Shown one piece after another: positions 47,187-56,062 of a stretch of DNA of 64,000 nt. The notes under the pieces are model-generated. The model made no database searches and was not told where the DNA came from. It saw nothing but the letters and a program-made list of their open reading frames with translations. The stretch is taken from contig JABFSU010000084.1 of the NCBI GenBank assembly GCA_013140455.1, positions 2,163-66,162 of the forward strand, read 5' to 3'. Every line of letters starts with the position of its first letter. Positions within the stretch are counted from its first letter, which is position 1. The position numbers and the translations under genes are program-made. The stretch is from Nitrospira sp. (GTDB lineage: Bacteria; Nitrospirota; Nitrospiria; Nitrospirales; Nitrospiraceae).

Positions 47187-47952
47187 CTGCCGGCAGACGG
47201 GCGGCGTTGCCCATCAGATTGATGCGATGGGCGAGACATCCCGCCCCGAATCCATTATCGATATTCATCACCCCGACACCCGCCGCGCAGGAATTCAGCA
47301 TCGTGAGCAACGCGGCAAGACCGCCGAAGCTCGCGCCGTAGCCCCGGCTCGTCGGCACCGCCACGACAGGGCAATCGACCAGTCCTCCGACAACGCTTGG
47401 CAACACACCATCCATCCCGGCGACCACAATCGCCACGCGCGCCTCGAAAAGCCGATCTTTCCGGCCTAACAACCGATGCAGTCCCGCAACGCCCACATCG
47501 TACAGCGTTTCGACATGACTGCCCATCACCTCCGCCGTCACTCGCGCCTCTTCTGCCACCGGCACATCCGCGGTCCCGGCGGTCAGAACCAGAATATGCC
47601 CTGCACGACGCGCGGGTTTGCGGTCGATCGCCACGATGCGCGCATCGGCATGATAGCGAGCCCGGCGATCGAGCTTCATGATGGCTTTGGCGACTGCCGG
47701 CTCGGCACGGGTTGCCAGAAACGGCCCGCCCTTCTTGATCAAAGCACGGGCAATGGCCACTGACTGTTTCGCCGTCTTGCCTTCGCACAACAGCACTTCA
47801 GGAAATCCCTGGCGGAGCGACCGATGATGATCCAGGGAGGCAAAGCCGAGATTTTCGAACGGCAGGCTGCGCAGCCGTTGGACAGCGCGTGCGACGGTCA
47901 CCCGACCGGTACGCACATCCGTTAACAGCAGCTCAATCCCCTCCGGACTCAT
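47179..47952 (-). CDS. larB: Nickel-pincer cofactor biosynthesis protein LarB (AIR-carboxylase-like)
   Basis: It carries LVLTAGTADVPVAEEARVTAEVMG and AIVVAGMDGVLPSVVGGL. The start overlaps the gpsA stop by 4 nt. Confidence 0.85.
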   Translation of the reverse strand: MSPEGIELLLTDVRTGRVTVARAVQRLRSLPFENLGFASLDHHRSLRQGFPEVLLCEGKTAKQSVAIARALIKKGGPFLATRAEPAVAKAIMKLDRRARYHADARIVAIDRKPARRAGHILVLTAGTADVPVAEEARVTAEVMGSHVETLYDVGVAGLHRLLGRKDRLFEARVAIVVAGMDGVLPSVVGGLVDCPVVAVPTSRGYGASFGGLAALLTMLNSCAAGVGVMNIDNGFGAGCLAHRINLMGNAARLPAAT

Positions 47953-48968
47953 ATCCGTCCCTTCTCCGGCTTTGCATCCCGCTCCATGAGATCACTCACC
48001 GCCTTGCGGCAGGATTTTCCCTCGAACAACACCGCATTGATCTCCTGCGTGATCGGCATCTCGACCTGATGCCGCAGCGCGAGGCCCAACGCCGCCCGAG
48101 CCGTGCGAACGCCCTCCGCCACGGCCTGCATCCCACCCAAAATGGCATCGAGGGATTCGCCCTGGCCCAACCGTACCCCAACCGTGTGGTTCCGGCTGAG
48201 CGAACCGGTGCAGGTCAATACCAGATCGCCGACGCCGGAGAGCCCATATAGTGTTCGCGGATCTGCTCCCATGGCCACGCCTAATCGCACAATCTCCGCG
48301 AGCCCGCGGGTAATCAGAGCCGCTCGCGCATTGTGACCCAGGTCTAACCCGTCGACCACTCCGGCGGCCAGCGCCATAACATTCTTCAACGCACCGCCGA
48401 GTTGCAATCCGATGAGATCGGTATCGGCATAGACCCGCAAAGCCGGTGTCATCAAGGCAGTCTGAAACCGCGCCACCAGCTGCGCATCCCGCCCGGCCAG
48501 ACAGACCGCCGTCGGCTTCCCGGCGCTGAGTTCACTGGCGAAGCTCGGCCCGGATAGCGCCATCAGATATTGTTCCATGGATTCCGGGAGCACCTCGTCC
48601 ATGATCTGCGTCATCAGCTTTGAGCTGTCCTCCTCCACCCCTTTGGTGGCACTGATGAGCGGAATCGGCTGTGGCAGACAGGCGGCCATCTTTCGGAGCA
48701 CCGGTCTCGTCACATGGGACGGGACCACAAACAGAATGCCGTCACGCTGCTTGATCGCCTCCGTTAAAGACGTGGTTGCGATCAACGTGCGAGGAAGCGA
48801 AACACCGGGAAGGAACACTCGATTCTCGTGTGTCGTATTGATGGAATCGACCACCTCACGTTCATGGGCCCAGAGGCGAATCTCCAACCCCTTCTCGGCC
48901 AGGTGTTTGGCCAGAGCGGTCCCCCAAGCACCGGCTCCAATGACTCCGAGTGATCTGATCTCCTGCAT
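47949..48968 (-). CDS. gpsA: NAD(P)H-dependent glycerol-3-phosphate dehydrogenase
   Basis: The motifs LGVIGAGAWGTALA, LKNVMALAAG and GDLVLTCTGSLSRN are present. Confidence 0.95.
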   Translation of the reverse strand: MQEIRSLGVIGAGAWGTALAKHLAEKGLEIRLWAHEREVVDSINTTHENRVFLPGVSLPRTLIATTSLTEAIKQRDGILFVVPSHVTRPVLRKMAACLPQPIPLISATKGVEEDSSKLMTQIMDEVLPESMEQYLMALSGPSFASELSAGKPTAVCLAGRDAQLVARFQTALMTPALRVYADTDLIGLQLGGALKNVMALAAGVVDGLDLGHNARAALITRGLAEIVRLGVAMGADPRTLYGLSGVGDLVLTCTGSLSRNHTVGVRLGQGESLDAILGGMQAVAEGVRTARAALGLALRHQVEMPITQEINAVLFEGKSCRKAVSDLMERDAKPEKGRI

Positions 48969-49230
48969 CCCGGATCAATCCTATGGTGAAAATGGAAGCG
49001 ACTGCAGACCATACAACCAAGCGGCGCGGATTATAGGAAGCCCCTGGCTAGGAGTCAACGAACGGAACGGCGCTCTCGGAACTGTCAAGCCAGGAGCAGG
49101 AACATCCTCTCAAGGCTCGCCGACATGGCACATGCCTTGCTCTATCTATGCATGGTTTTGCAAAAATCCTTCGCCGGAATCAAGTCGGGACTTAGGATAG
49201 ATCAATCACTGCTGGAGTCGGAGGAAGCCC

Positions 49231-49962
49231 ATGACGCAACGATTGAGAACAAGACGCACCCGGGCGGGAGCCGTCCTTGCCGGACTCTTGTCATTCCTCA
49301 TAGCTACCCCCTACGCGTATCCTGAGGCCTACATCGGGGGACAGATCGGAACCACATTAGCAGGCAACACACTCAAGGGTGTCGAGCTAACAGACTTCTC
49401 GCCGCCAGGAACCATGTCCGACCGGGAACTGGCAAAGTCGGCACTCCTCGGTGTGAAGGTGGGGTACTATTTCCCGCGGGCCCGCTGGTTTGGTATCGAG
49501 TCGGAGTTTTTCCAAACCACTCCGCATATCAAACAGCAGAACACCCGCATCACAATCCCCAACGGCGCCACCCTCAAAGATTTCGGCCCAGTCGCGGGAG
49601 GAACCGTGGAAGGCACGCTTTCCGGAGACCATTTCCGAGTTCGCGCATTTGTCCCTGTAAATTTAATGTTTCGCTACCATAAGACCAGATTGCAACCCTA
49701 TCTCGGAGTCGGCCTCGGCATCTTCATGGCTAACATCACAACAACGGCGACGGGCTTCGAAGGCTCCCAGAGCTCAACGAGTATCGGGTTCAACACAAAA
49801 GCAGGCCTCGAATATTACATTACCCGGCATCTCAGTGCGTTCGGCGAGTGGAAACATAGCCGGGCCAGTTTCAATTTTGAGGGGAATAGCACCGGCGGAT
49901 TCGGATTCAAGGCTGACTATAATCCACACTTCATCGCGTTCGGTCTCAACTACCACTTCTAG
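49231..49962 (+). CDS. Outer-membrane beta-barrel protein (OmpW/OmpA-like porin family)
   Basis: It has a signal peptide, alternating hydrophobic beta-strand patterning and the C-terminal sequence FIAFGLNYHF ending in Phe. Confidence 0.7.
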   Translation: MTQRLRTRRTRAGAVLAGLLSFLIATPYAYPEAYIGGQIGTTLAGNTLKGVELTDFSPPGTMSDRELAKSALLGVKVGYYFPRARWFGIESEFFQTTPHIKQQNTRITIPNGATLKDFGPVAGGTVEGTLSGDHFRVRAFVPVNLMFRYHKTRLQPYLGVGLGIFMANITTTATGFEGSQSSTSIGFNTKAGLEYYITRHLSAFGEWKHSRASFNFEGNSTGGFGFKADYNPHFIAFGLNYHF

Positions 49963-50088
49963 ACAGTCGCCGCGCTGTCATGAACCAGCGGCGCGGCGCA
50001 TACCCTCGCCACACATATCCGATACTATTTCCCGCTGCCGTAAATACTCTGTCCCGCCGGTTTACGTGGAGCTCCGTTTCGCCGTAGT

Positions 50089-50460
50089 ATGCAGGGTATG
50101 CAGATCTGTCCAAGCTGTCACCAGTCGCTGCCGGAGATCAATCGCTTCTGTACCCGGTGCGGACAACGGCTCGCGGCGACCGCATCACCCTCACCAGCTC
50201 CGGCCCCGCCCCCTCAGCCGACAACCCCGGAGCAACTGAACCTGAATGTGCTCTATGGCATGGTGGGCACGTTGATCCTCGCCGTGTTGCTCCCCCCATG
50301 GGAAACCCCGCCGAGTCAGCCTCCGGAATTCCTCGGTTTTCACAGCGTCCTCTCCCCGCCAACCCCCGAGGCGATCGTCAGCCGCATGTTGCTCACCATC
50401 GAGCTGACTACTGTGACGATTGCGGGCCTCTATGCTGCCTTCTTTTTCAGAAAGCGCTGA
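50089..50460 (+). CDS. Zinc-ribbon protein with a Pro-rich linker and C-terminal transmembrane helices
   Basis: The N-terminal zinc ribbon is CPSCHQSL...FCTRCGQ. Two hydrophobic segments follow. Confidence 0.5.
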   Translation: MQGMQICPSCHQSLPEINRFCTRCGQRLAATASPSPAPAPPPQPTTPEQLNLNVLYGMVGTLILAVLLPPWETPPSQPPEFLGFHSVLSPPTPEAIVSRMLLTIELTTVTIAGLYAAFFFRKR

Positions 50461-50472
50461 CCCGCCCTCGTT

Positions 50473-50597
50473 GCAGCTCCTCAAAATGGTCGCCAGCAAG
50501 GCCGCAGGCGAGACACCAACCGGAGGCGTACCCTCTGGGGTACGTTGAGGATTGTGGCGAACCGAGAACGATGCTGGAGATCATTTTCAGGAGCTGC
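50473..50597 (+). repeat. Intergenic palindromic repeat, copy B
   Basis: The arms are GCAGCTCCTCAAAATGGTC (50473-91) and GATCATTTTCAGGAGCTGC (50579-97). The shared blocks CCAGCAAGGCCGCAG, GAGGCGTACCC-TCTG-GGGTACGTTGAGG and GAGAACGATGCTGG are present. It fills the spacer between two convergent stop codons. Confidence 0.8.
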
Positions 50598-50602
50598 CTA
50601 AA

Positions 50603-51403
50603 TCAGTCGAGCGCGAGCGTCAAACATTTCGCCGACCCACCCGACTTCATGAATTCGTCCAGCGGTAGAGAGTGGATTAGATATCCACGTGACTGAAGCT
50701 GCCGTTCCGTCTCGGGACATCCGGCAGGCAACACCACGTGTTTCCCTACGCACACAGCATTGCACGCGAACCTGAGCGCTTCGTTTTCGGGAACAACGAG
50801 ACGCGACCCATCGGGCACCCGCTCCATGATGACCTCCTGCCCATCCGTATCGAACGCAGCCGGGAAATAGAGCAACTCGCCACCGGACAGAGGACAGAAA
50901 CACGTATCGAGATGGTAAAAACGTCCATCGACAAGTTCCAGGGGAATGATCTCACGCGTGAAGACGTCGCTGAGTAGCGGGAACACCCGTATGTCCGATC
51001 GCTGGCGATAGCCCCCAAACCAACAATCGGAAAACCCTAACAGGTCTCCTGCACCTTCGAAAAAGAACTCGGGCTCCAACGTCACCACGTCATAGCCGAC
51101 ACTGCGAAACCAATCCTCAAAATAGGCTTCCTCCCGTTGGCGCTCGGGATAGCGAAACCGGCTGACGACCGCCCGTCGGCCGACGACCACACCGGCATTG
51201 GCGGTAAACACCAAATCCGGCAACCCCGGCACGGGTCGCATCCGCTCCAGTACTGCTCCAACCTCCCGCTCAAGCACATGCATGAGACCATGCCACTGCG
51301 TCACAGCACTGACATGATCGACCGTGTTTGAGCGCCGCATCCAGGGATTGATCTCGTACTCGATGTCGAAATAGTCCGGTGGGCAGACCAACAGCCGGCT
51401 CAC
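50603..51403 (-). CDS. Guanidino-group-modifying enzyme fold protein (amidinotransferase / arginine dihydrolase-like)
   Basis: It carries MSRLLVCPPDYFDIEYEINPWM, DLVFTANAG, FYHLDTCF and the C-terminal catalytic-Cys context GGSAKCLTL. Confidence 0.7.
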   Translation of the reverse strand: MSRLLVCPPDYFDIEYEINPWMRRSNTVDHVSAVTQWHGLMHVLEREVGAVLERMRPVPGLPDLVFTANAGVVVGRRAVVSRFRYPERQREEAYFEDWFRSVGYDVVTLEPEFFFEGAGDLLGFSDCWFGGYRQRSDIRVFPLLSDVFTREIIPLELVDGRFYHLDTCFCPLSGGELLYFPAAFDTDGQEVIMERVPDGSRLVVPENEALRFACNAVCVGKHVVLPAGCPETERQLQSRGYLIHSLPLDEFMKSGGSAKCLTLALD

Positions 51404-52644
51404 AGGGACCTCCCGAGCTGCCTGGCCAGTTCGTTGAGAAAGGAGGCCGCATCCATCACCAGACCGACGGCTTGAAAACTACCCCGATCGGCAAGCTTCG
51501 TGGGAACCGACGCATTGATGTCGACACAGACCGTCGGAACTGCAGCAGGTAACAGATTACCGGTGGCCACCGCGTGCAGCGTGGAAGCGACCAGGAGCGC
51601 CAGCCCGACACCCGGAATCGCCTCCCGCATGGCCGCTTGCGCTTGCATGGAATCTGTAATGACACCGGGCAATGGGCCATCGTCTCTGATCGTGCCGGCC
51701 ATCACGACATGAACCCCGGCCCTGATACAGGCCGCCATGATGCCGCGCTTGATCACGCCGGATTCGACGGCATTCCGAATGCTGCCGATGGCTCGAATCC
51801 GGTTGATCGTTCGCAGATGATGCGCATGCCCGTGCGGAACCGCATGCCCGACAGTCAACGCGTAGCCTAACGAGGTTCCGTAGAGATCGGCCTCCATGTC
51901 ATGAGCGGCCAAGGCATTGCCGCAAAACAAGACATGGATGAACCCTTCCTCGACCAGCCAGGTCAGCGCATCCCGGCCGCCGGCGTGGATGATCGCGGGT
52001 CCTCCTGCCAGCAGTACCTTGGCTTGCCCGCTTCCCGCTCGCCGGTCATCGCGAAGCAGGCGCATTCGCCGGGCCACGTCGGCAATGACATGGCTATGCG
52101 GACGCTCGGCGGAGACCGTGGACTCCATGAAGGCAAAGACATCGCGTTCACGAGGCCGTTGCATCGGAACAACGCGCACTCCAGCCTGCCCGGTCACAAT
52201 CAGATCTCCCTTGCGGACATCGGCCATCGGAACAGTCCTGGCAGTCATGCGCTGCAAATCCACGGTAATGCCCAGATCCATCTCGACCCTTTGGACATCG
52301 ATCCAGGTGTCGTTCAGACGAACTTCGGTCGGCAAATGGGTGGTGGAGTAGAATTCGTCAGGGAACACGCCATCGGCAGGTGCCGGCTGCACGACGCAGT
52401 CGTACTCGCGCTCGACCACGGCGCCGTGCGGCTGTATCGCACGCAGGATATGGTTCAGCGTTGCGAGCGTCGGAGCCCGTACGATAATCCGCGCATGGGA
52501 CGGGTCCTCCCGGGTGCGGCCGATCTCGACCTGATCGAGGTCAAAGGAGCCCCCCATCATCAGAATCAGATCCAGAACCTTCGCCAGGATCAGTGAATCG
52601 ATAATGTGGCCACGCAGGACGATCGTTTCTTGAGCCGTCGTCAT
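51400..52644 (-). CDS. LOR/SDH-like (TIGR00300-type) protein
   Basis: The N-terminus reads LRGHIIDSLILAKVLDLILMMGG.F. and the C-terminal half is Rossmann-like. The stop overlaps the downstream start by 4 nt. Confidence 0.65.
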   Translation of the reverse strand: MTTAQETIVLRGHIIDSLILAKVLDLILMMGGSFDLDQVEIGRTREDPSHARIIVRAPTLATLNHILRAIQPHGAVVEREYDCVVQPAPADGVFPDEFYSTTHLPTEVRLNDTWIDVQRVEMDLGITVDLQRMTARTVPMADVRKGDLIVTGQAGVRVVPMQRPRERDVFAFMESTVSAERPHSHVIADVARRMRLLRDDRRAGSGQAKVLLAGGPAIIHAGGRDALTWLVEEGFIHVLFCGNALAAHDMEADLYGTSLGYALTVGHAVPHGHAHHLRTINRIRAIGSIRNAVESGVIKRGIMAACIRAGVHVVMAGTIRDDGPLPGVITDSMQAQAAMREAIPGVGLALLVASTLHAVATGNLLPAAVPTVCVDINASVPTKLADRGSFQAVGLVMDAASFLNELARQLGRSL

Positions 52645-52740
52645 CCAACGCTCCCCGCTGTCATATCAGAATTCTACCACCCTCCGGATCTGCATCGGCA
52701 GGTTAGTCGGAGGGGTCGAGGAAGGATCTGCCCGAATCCT

Positions 52741-53784
52741 TCAGAGCCCGGCGGACGGTTTCATGACCTCTCGCAAGACGCTCGTCGCATAGGCTCCGGG
52801 AGGCAGCGCGAACGTAAGCGTGAGCGCCGTCCCCTCGAGCGACCACTCCAATTCAGCCAGCGGAATGCGCAAAGCCCGTCGTTCGCCGCGAAAACCACAA
52901 TCTTTGGCTGCCGCGACCAATGCCTCCTGCGTCGTGCCGGCCTCGGCCACCACCGCTTGTTCAATCAAGCCCGGCTCACCCTCGGCCCAGGACACGCGTG
53001 AGCCGAATAAGATGCCTGTCGGACTGATCTCGAAACAATCGGCGCGGATCTGTTCTTTCTCCGCATCCTCGACTAAGAAACACGCGCCATTCTGCGACTT
53101 CATCGCCCAGTCGCCGACGAAGAGCCGATCAATCGAATCGATGCGGCGGGCCAGGATGCGGTTGAACAAATAGGATTGATAGCTATTCAAGTACCACATC
53201 CGCTTGGCCCGGCTCATCTTGTCGCGTCGACGGGCATCTTGCAGTAACACGGCGCCGACTTCATAGTTGTCCCCACGTTTCCCCTGGCGCTGCGGGCCGA
53301 AGTAATTCGGGACGCCGCGGCGTCCCAGCTCGGCGAGGATAGCCGGCACCGATTCTGCCGCATGCGACGCCACCTCACGAACCACCAGGCGAAACCGGTT
53401 CCCCGCATGATGGCCGGTCCTCAGACGATTGCGGTGCCGTCCCAGCACCTCCACCTTTAACAACTGTTCGTCGATCGCCAGCCGGGAGATGCGGTCTTGA
53501 TCGACGCCTTGAACCGAAACCATTTGGGTCGTCACGGCGCGCGCATCTTTCAATCCCGCCACACCGATCGCCTGCGCTTTCACCCCCAAGACCGACGAAA
53601 AGTTCTTCACCAGATCCGGTGTCGACAGTCCGCGCTTGGTCACGCTCAGATACAGATGCTCGCCGTCCCCGCAAGGGAGATACAACGGACGCTCTTCGAC
53701 CTGAAAATCTTCGTGGGTCGCACGCATCACCCCGCCGATGCCGGGGATTGAGGCGGTAAGAAACGGCTCGGCTTGTGTGTTCAC
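52741..53784 (-). CDS. truD: tRNA pseudouridine(13) synthase TruD
   Basis: It carries DFQVEE, the catalytic motif AGLKDARAVTTQ and NYFGPQRQG. Confidence 0.9.
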   Translation of the reverse strand: MNTQAEPFLTASIPGIGGVMRATHEDFQVEERPLYLPCGDGEHLYLSVTKRGLSTPDLVKNFSSVLGVKAQAIGVAGLKDARAVTTQMVSVQGVDQDRISRLAIDEQLLKVEVLGRHRNRLRTGHHAGNRFRLVVREVASHAAESVPAILAELGRRGVPNYFGPQRQGKRGDNYEVGAVLLQDARRRDKMSRAKRMWYLNSYQSYLFNRILARRIDSIDRLFVGDWAMKSQNGACFLVEDAEKEQIRADCFEISPTGILFGSRVSWAEGEPGLIEQAVVAEAGTTQEALVAAAKDCGFRGERRALRIPLAELEWSLEGTALTLTFALPPGAYATSVLREVMKPSAGL

Positions 53785-53851
53785 TCTTCACCATCCGATG
53801 GTTGCGTCATGTACAAATCTCTACACTTGCTTCAGGGAAGGCCAAAGCCCA

Positions 53852-53860
53852 TGGTATATT
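53852..53860 (+). promoter_or_regulatory. Candidate extended -10 element (TGGTATATT) abutting the start codon
   Basis: The sequence is CCATGGTATATTgaattATG. There are 5 nt between the -10 element and ATG 53866, and no Shine-Dalgarno sequence. Confidence 0.3.
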
Positions 53861-53865
53861 GAATT

Positions 53866-54543
53866 ATGTTGAAGCGCGTACAGCCAAGTCTGCCCGATCA
53901 TACCGGAAACGTTCCGGCGATGCCGCTGCTCATCGCGATCGCCTGTGCCTGCTTGGCAGGCCTGTATCCGCTTTCCGTCTCAGCCGATCCTGATCGGCCG
54001 GGGAAACAATCCGACGTCTTCCGCCAATTCACGCAACATATTCAACGGCAAATCGAGTTGGACAAGACGGCCTTCGCACAGGCCAGCGGCTGCACCAATT
54101 GGTTCTATCATCAAGAGAAACAGCCCTCGGCGCCACCGATCGCCCAACCTATCCGCATGGATCTGGTCCTCCAGCCTCCCAGCAAGGAGGAATGTCTGCG
54201 AATCTATCCACGCGGCCTGGAGTCCGTCCGCCAGGATTTTCACCGTACCCAAACATCGTTGTCCGTCAGCCTGACGTTCTATGAGTATGCCCTGGTGGGC
54301 GACCGCAATGACGATGGCCGCTACAGCCGTGAGGAATTGCAAGATATCTTCCCGGCATTGGCCCTCACGTTCGATCCCAGCCGCTCTCCCGGCGCCCAGG
54401 CCGCCTCACTCGCCGGACGCTTCGACGACTGGTATCGCCTGCGAAATCTGGAACACCTGATGACTGGCATGGCCCAACTCTACGAAAAAGGCTATCGGGT
54501 CTCACCGGCCGACCGGGCCGAACTTGACCGAGTCACCAAATGA
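53866..54543 (+). CDS. Secreted protein with one EF-hand-like calcium-binding loop
   Basis: The signal-like segment is MPLLIAIACACLAGLYPLSVSA. The loop DRNDDGRYSREE fits the DxNxDGxxxxxE consensus. The start could also be ATG 53920. Confidence 0.5.
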   Translation: MLKRVQPSLPDHTGNVPAMPLLIAIACACLAGLYPLSVSADPDRPGKQSDVFRQFTQHIQRQIELDKTAFAQASGCTNWFYHQEKQPSAPPIAQPIRMDLVLQPPSKEECLRIYPRGLESVRQDFHRTQTSLSVSLTFYEYALVGDRNDDGRYSREELQDIFPALALTFDPSRSPGAQAASLAGRFDDWYRLRNLEHLMTGMAQLYEKGYRVSPADRAELDRVTK

Positions 54544-55400
54544 GGGTGGTCCATTCGTGGCCCGATCGCGCCCGGGCATTTGCCGGCGCCTGTCTGAGTG
54601 AACCCTTCTATCGCCTCTTCAGCCTGTTTCCGCAGTGCGAAATCGGCTTGTCGCAACATGCCGTCACCCGCCTGACCTTTCCCCATCGGGTGCTGGCCGG
54701 CCATCGGGCCGTCCATCTGAGTGATCTCCATCTCGATCGCTACCAGCCTCGCCACGAACTGATCGCCGACGAGGTACGAGGATTGGAGCCGGACTGGATT
54801 TTCATTACCGGCGACCTGCTGAATGTCCCGGAGGGTCTGCCCCACCTCTTTCGATTTCTCGCGCAACTGCGCACCATCGCCCCGGTCTATGTCACGCTGG
54901 GCAATCACGACCACTACAGCGGCATCCCCGTCGAGCAGTTCCGCCACTGGGCGGATCGGCATCAGATTACGCTGCTCATCAACGAATCGGCGACGATTCA
55001 CGCGAACGGCGGCGAACTGGCCCTTGTCGGGGTGGATGATCCGTCGCTGCACCGGGCCGATCTCAGATGCTTACCCGCACAGGCACAACATCGATTTACG
55101 CTGCTGCTCGCGCATGCCCCGAACATTCTCGATCAAATGGAACCGCATCATCACGCCAACCTGATTTTGTGCGGGCACAGCCACGGAGGTCAGTGGAGGA
55201 TTCCTGGGATTCCGACTATCTGGCTCCCGCCCGGCTGCAATGGCCGGATTGCCGGACACCACGAGAAGCGCGGCCATCGGCTGTATGTCAATCGAGGACT
55301 CGGCTGGTCGTTTCTCCCGCTGCGGTGGAACTGCCGGCCGGAGATCGCTCTGATCGAGTGGACCCTCGAATCAGCCGCACCGGCCATTATGGCGGCGTGA
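54540..55400 (+). CDS. Metallophosphoesterase (calcineurin-like)
   Basis: The motifs VHLSDLHLD, ITGDLLN, LGNHDHY and CGHSHGG are present. The start overlaps the upstream stop (ATGA). Confidence 0.85.
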   Translation: MRVVHSWPDRARAFAGACLSEPFYRLFSLFPQCEIGLSQHAVTRLTFPHRVLAGHRAVHLSDLHLDRYQPRHELIADEVRGLEPDWIFITGDLLNVPEGLPHLFRFLAQLRTIAPVYVTLGNHDHYSGIPVEQFRHWADRHQITLLINESATIHANGGELALVGVDDPSLHRADLRCLPAQAQHRFTLLLAHAPNILDQMEPHHHANLILCGHSHGGQWRIPGIPTIWLPPGCNGRIAGHHEKRGHRLYVNRGLGWSFLPLRWNCRPEIALIEWTLESAAPAIMAA

Positions 55401-56025
55401 GCCGTTCCAACGCTTCCTTGGCGCGACTGCGCGTCGTCTGATCCCAATCTTCCTTCATCACTTCTTCAAGTTTTGCCCGGGCCTCGGAGGCACGCAAGCG
55501 GCCCAATCCCAAGGCCGCACAGGACCGGACATAGGCATGATCGTCTTCGAGCGCGGCAAGTAACAACGGGACGAGCGAGCGATCCTGCAGCACGCCCAAG
55601 TGACTGGCCGCCATCCCGCGAATGCGATGTTGTTTCTCCCCGACCGCACGGCGCAACGTGCTCACCCAGAGCTCTCTGAGCGCGGGCACTACCGCTTCAA
55701 GCCCGTTCACCCGATACCCGTTCACCTCCGCCAGTGCGAATGACAGCTCGAGCTTCTTGTCGCGAACGGATTCCCGCTGAAAGGCCGCGAGCAAACGATC
55801 CCGCTTGTGCCTTTGCTGCACACGCCGACGGATCTTCTTGATGACCACCATCACCAGCACGCCGATGCCCAGCACCGTAGCGGCAAGAGGAATGGCCTGG
55901 TCGATCACGTATTCCTGCGATTCCAGCGACAGCCGTTTCCACACCCACACCGAGGTAATGACGATCCCCAGGAGGATGACAATGGCGCTCAGATTGGCCT
56001 GGCCCTGGTCAGCGCGTCGCAGCAT
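55387..56025 (-). CDS. Membrane-anchored HEAT-repeat protein
   Basis: It has two N-terminal hydrophobic helices followed by HEAT-like repeats: VRGMAASHLGVLQDRSLVPLLLAALEDDHAYVRSCAALGLGRL. Confidence 0.6.
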   Translation of the reverse strand: MLRRADQGQANLSAIVILLGIVITSVWVWKRLSLESQEYVIDQAIPLAATVLGIGVLVMVVIKKIRRRVQQRHKRDRLLAAFQRESVRDKKLELSFALAEVNGYRVNGLEAVVPALRELWVSTLRRAVGEKQHRIRGMAASHLGVLQDRSLVPLLLAALEDDHAYVRSCAALGLGRLRASEARAKLEEVMKEDWDQTTRSRAKEALERLTPP

Positions 56026-56062
56026 GGGAGCGGATCATACGGGCGCATCCCTCGCGCCGTCA

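Noticed and set aside
49966-50002. An imperfect GC hairpin (GCCGCGCTG...CAGCGGCGCGGC) after the OMP gene, considered as a terminator
   Set aside because: It needs a 3-nt bulge and has no U-tract. I did not consider it strong enough to list as a feature.
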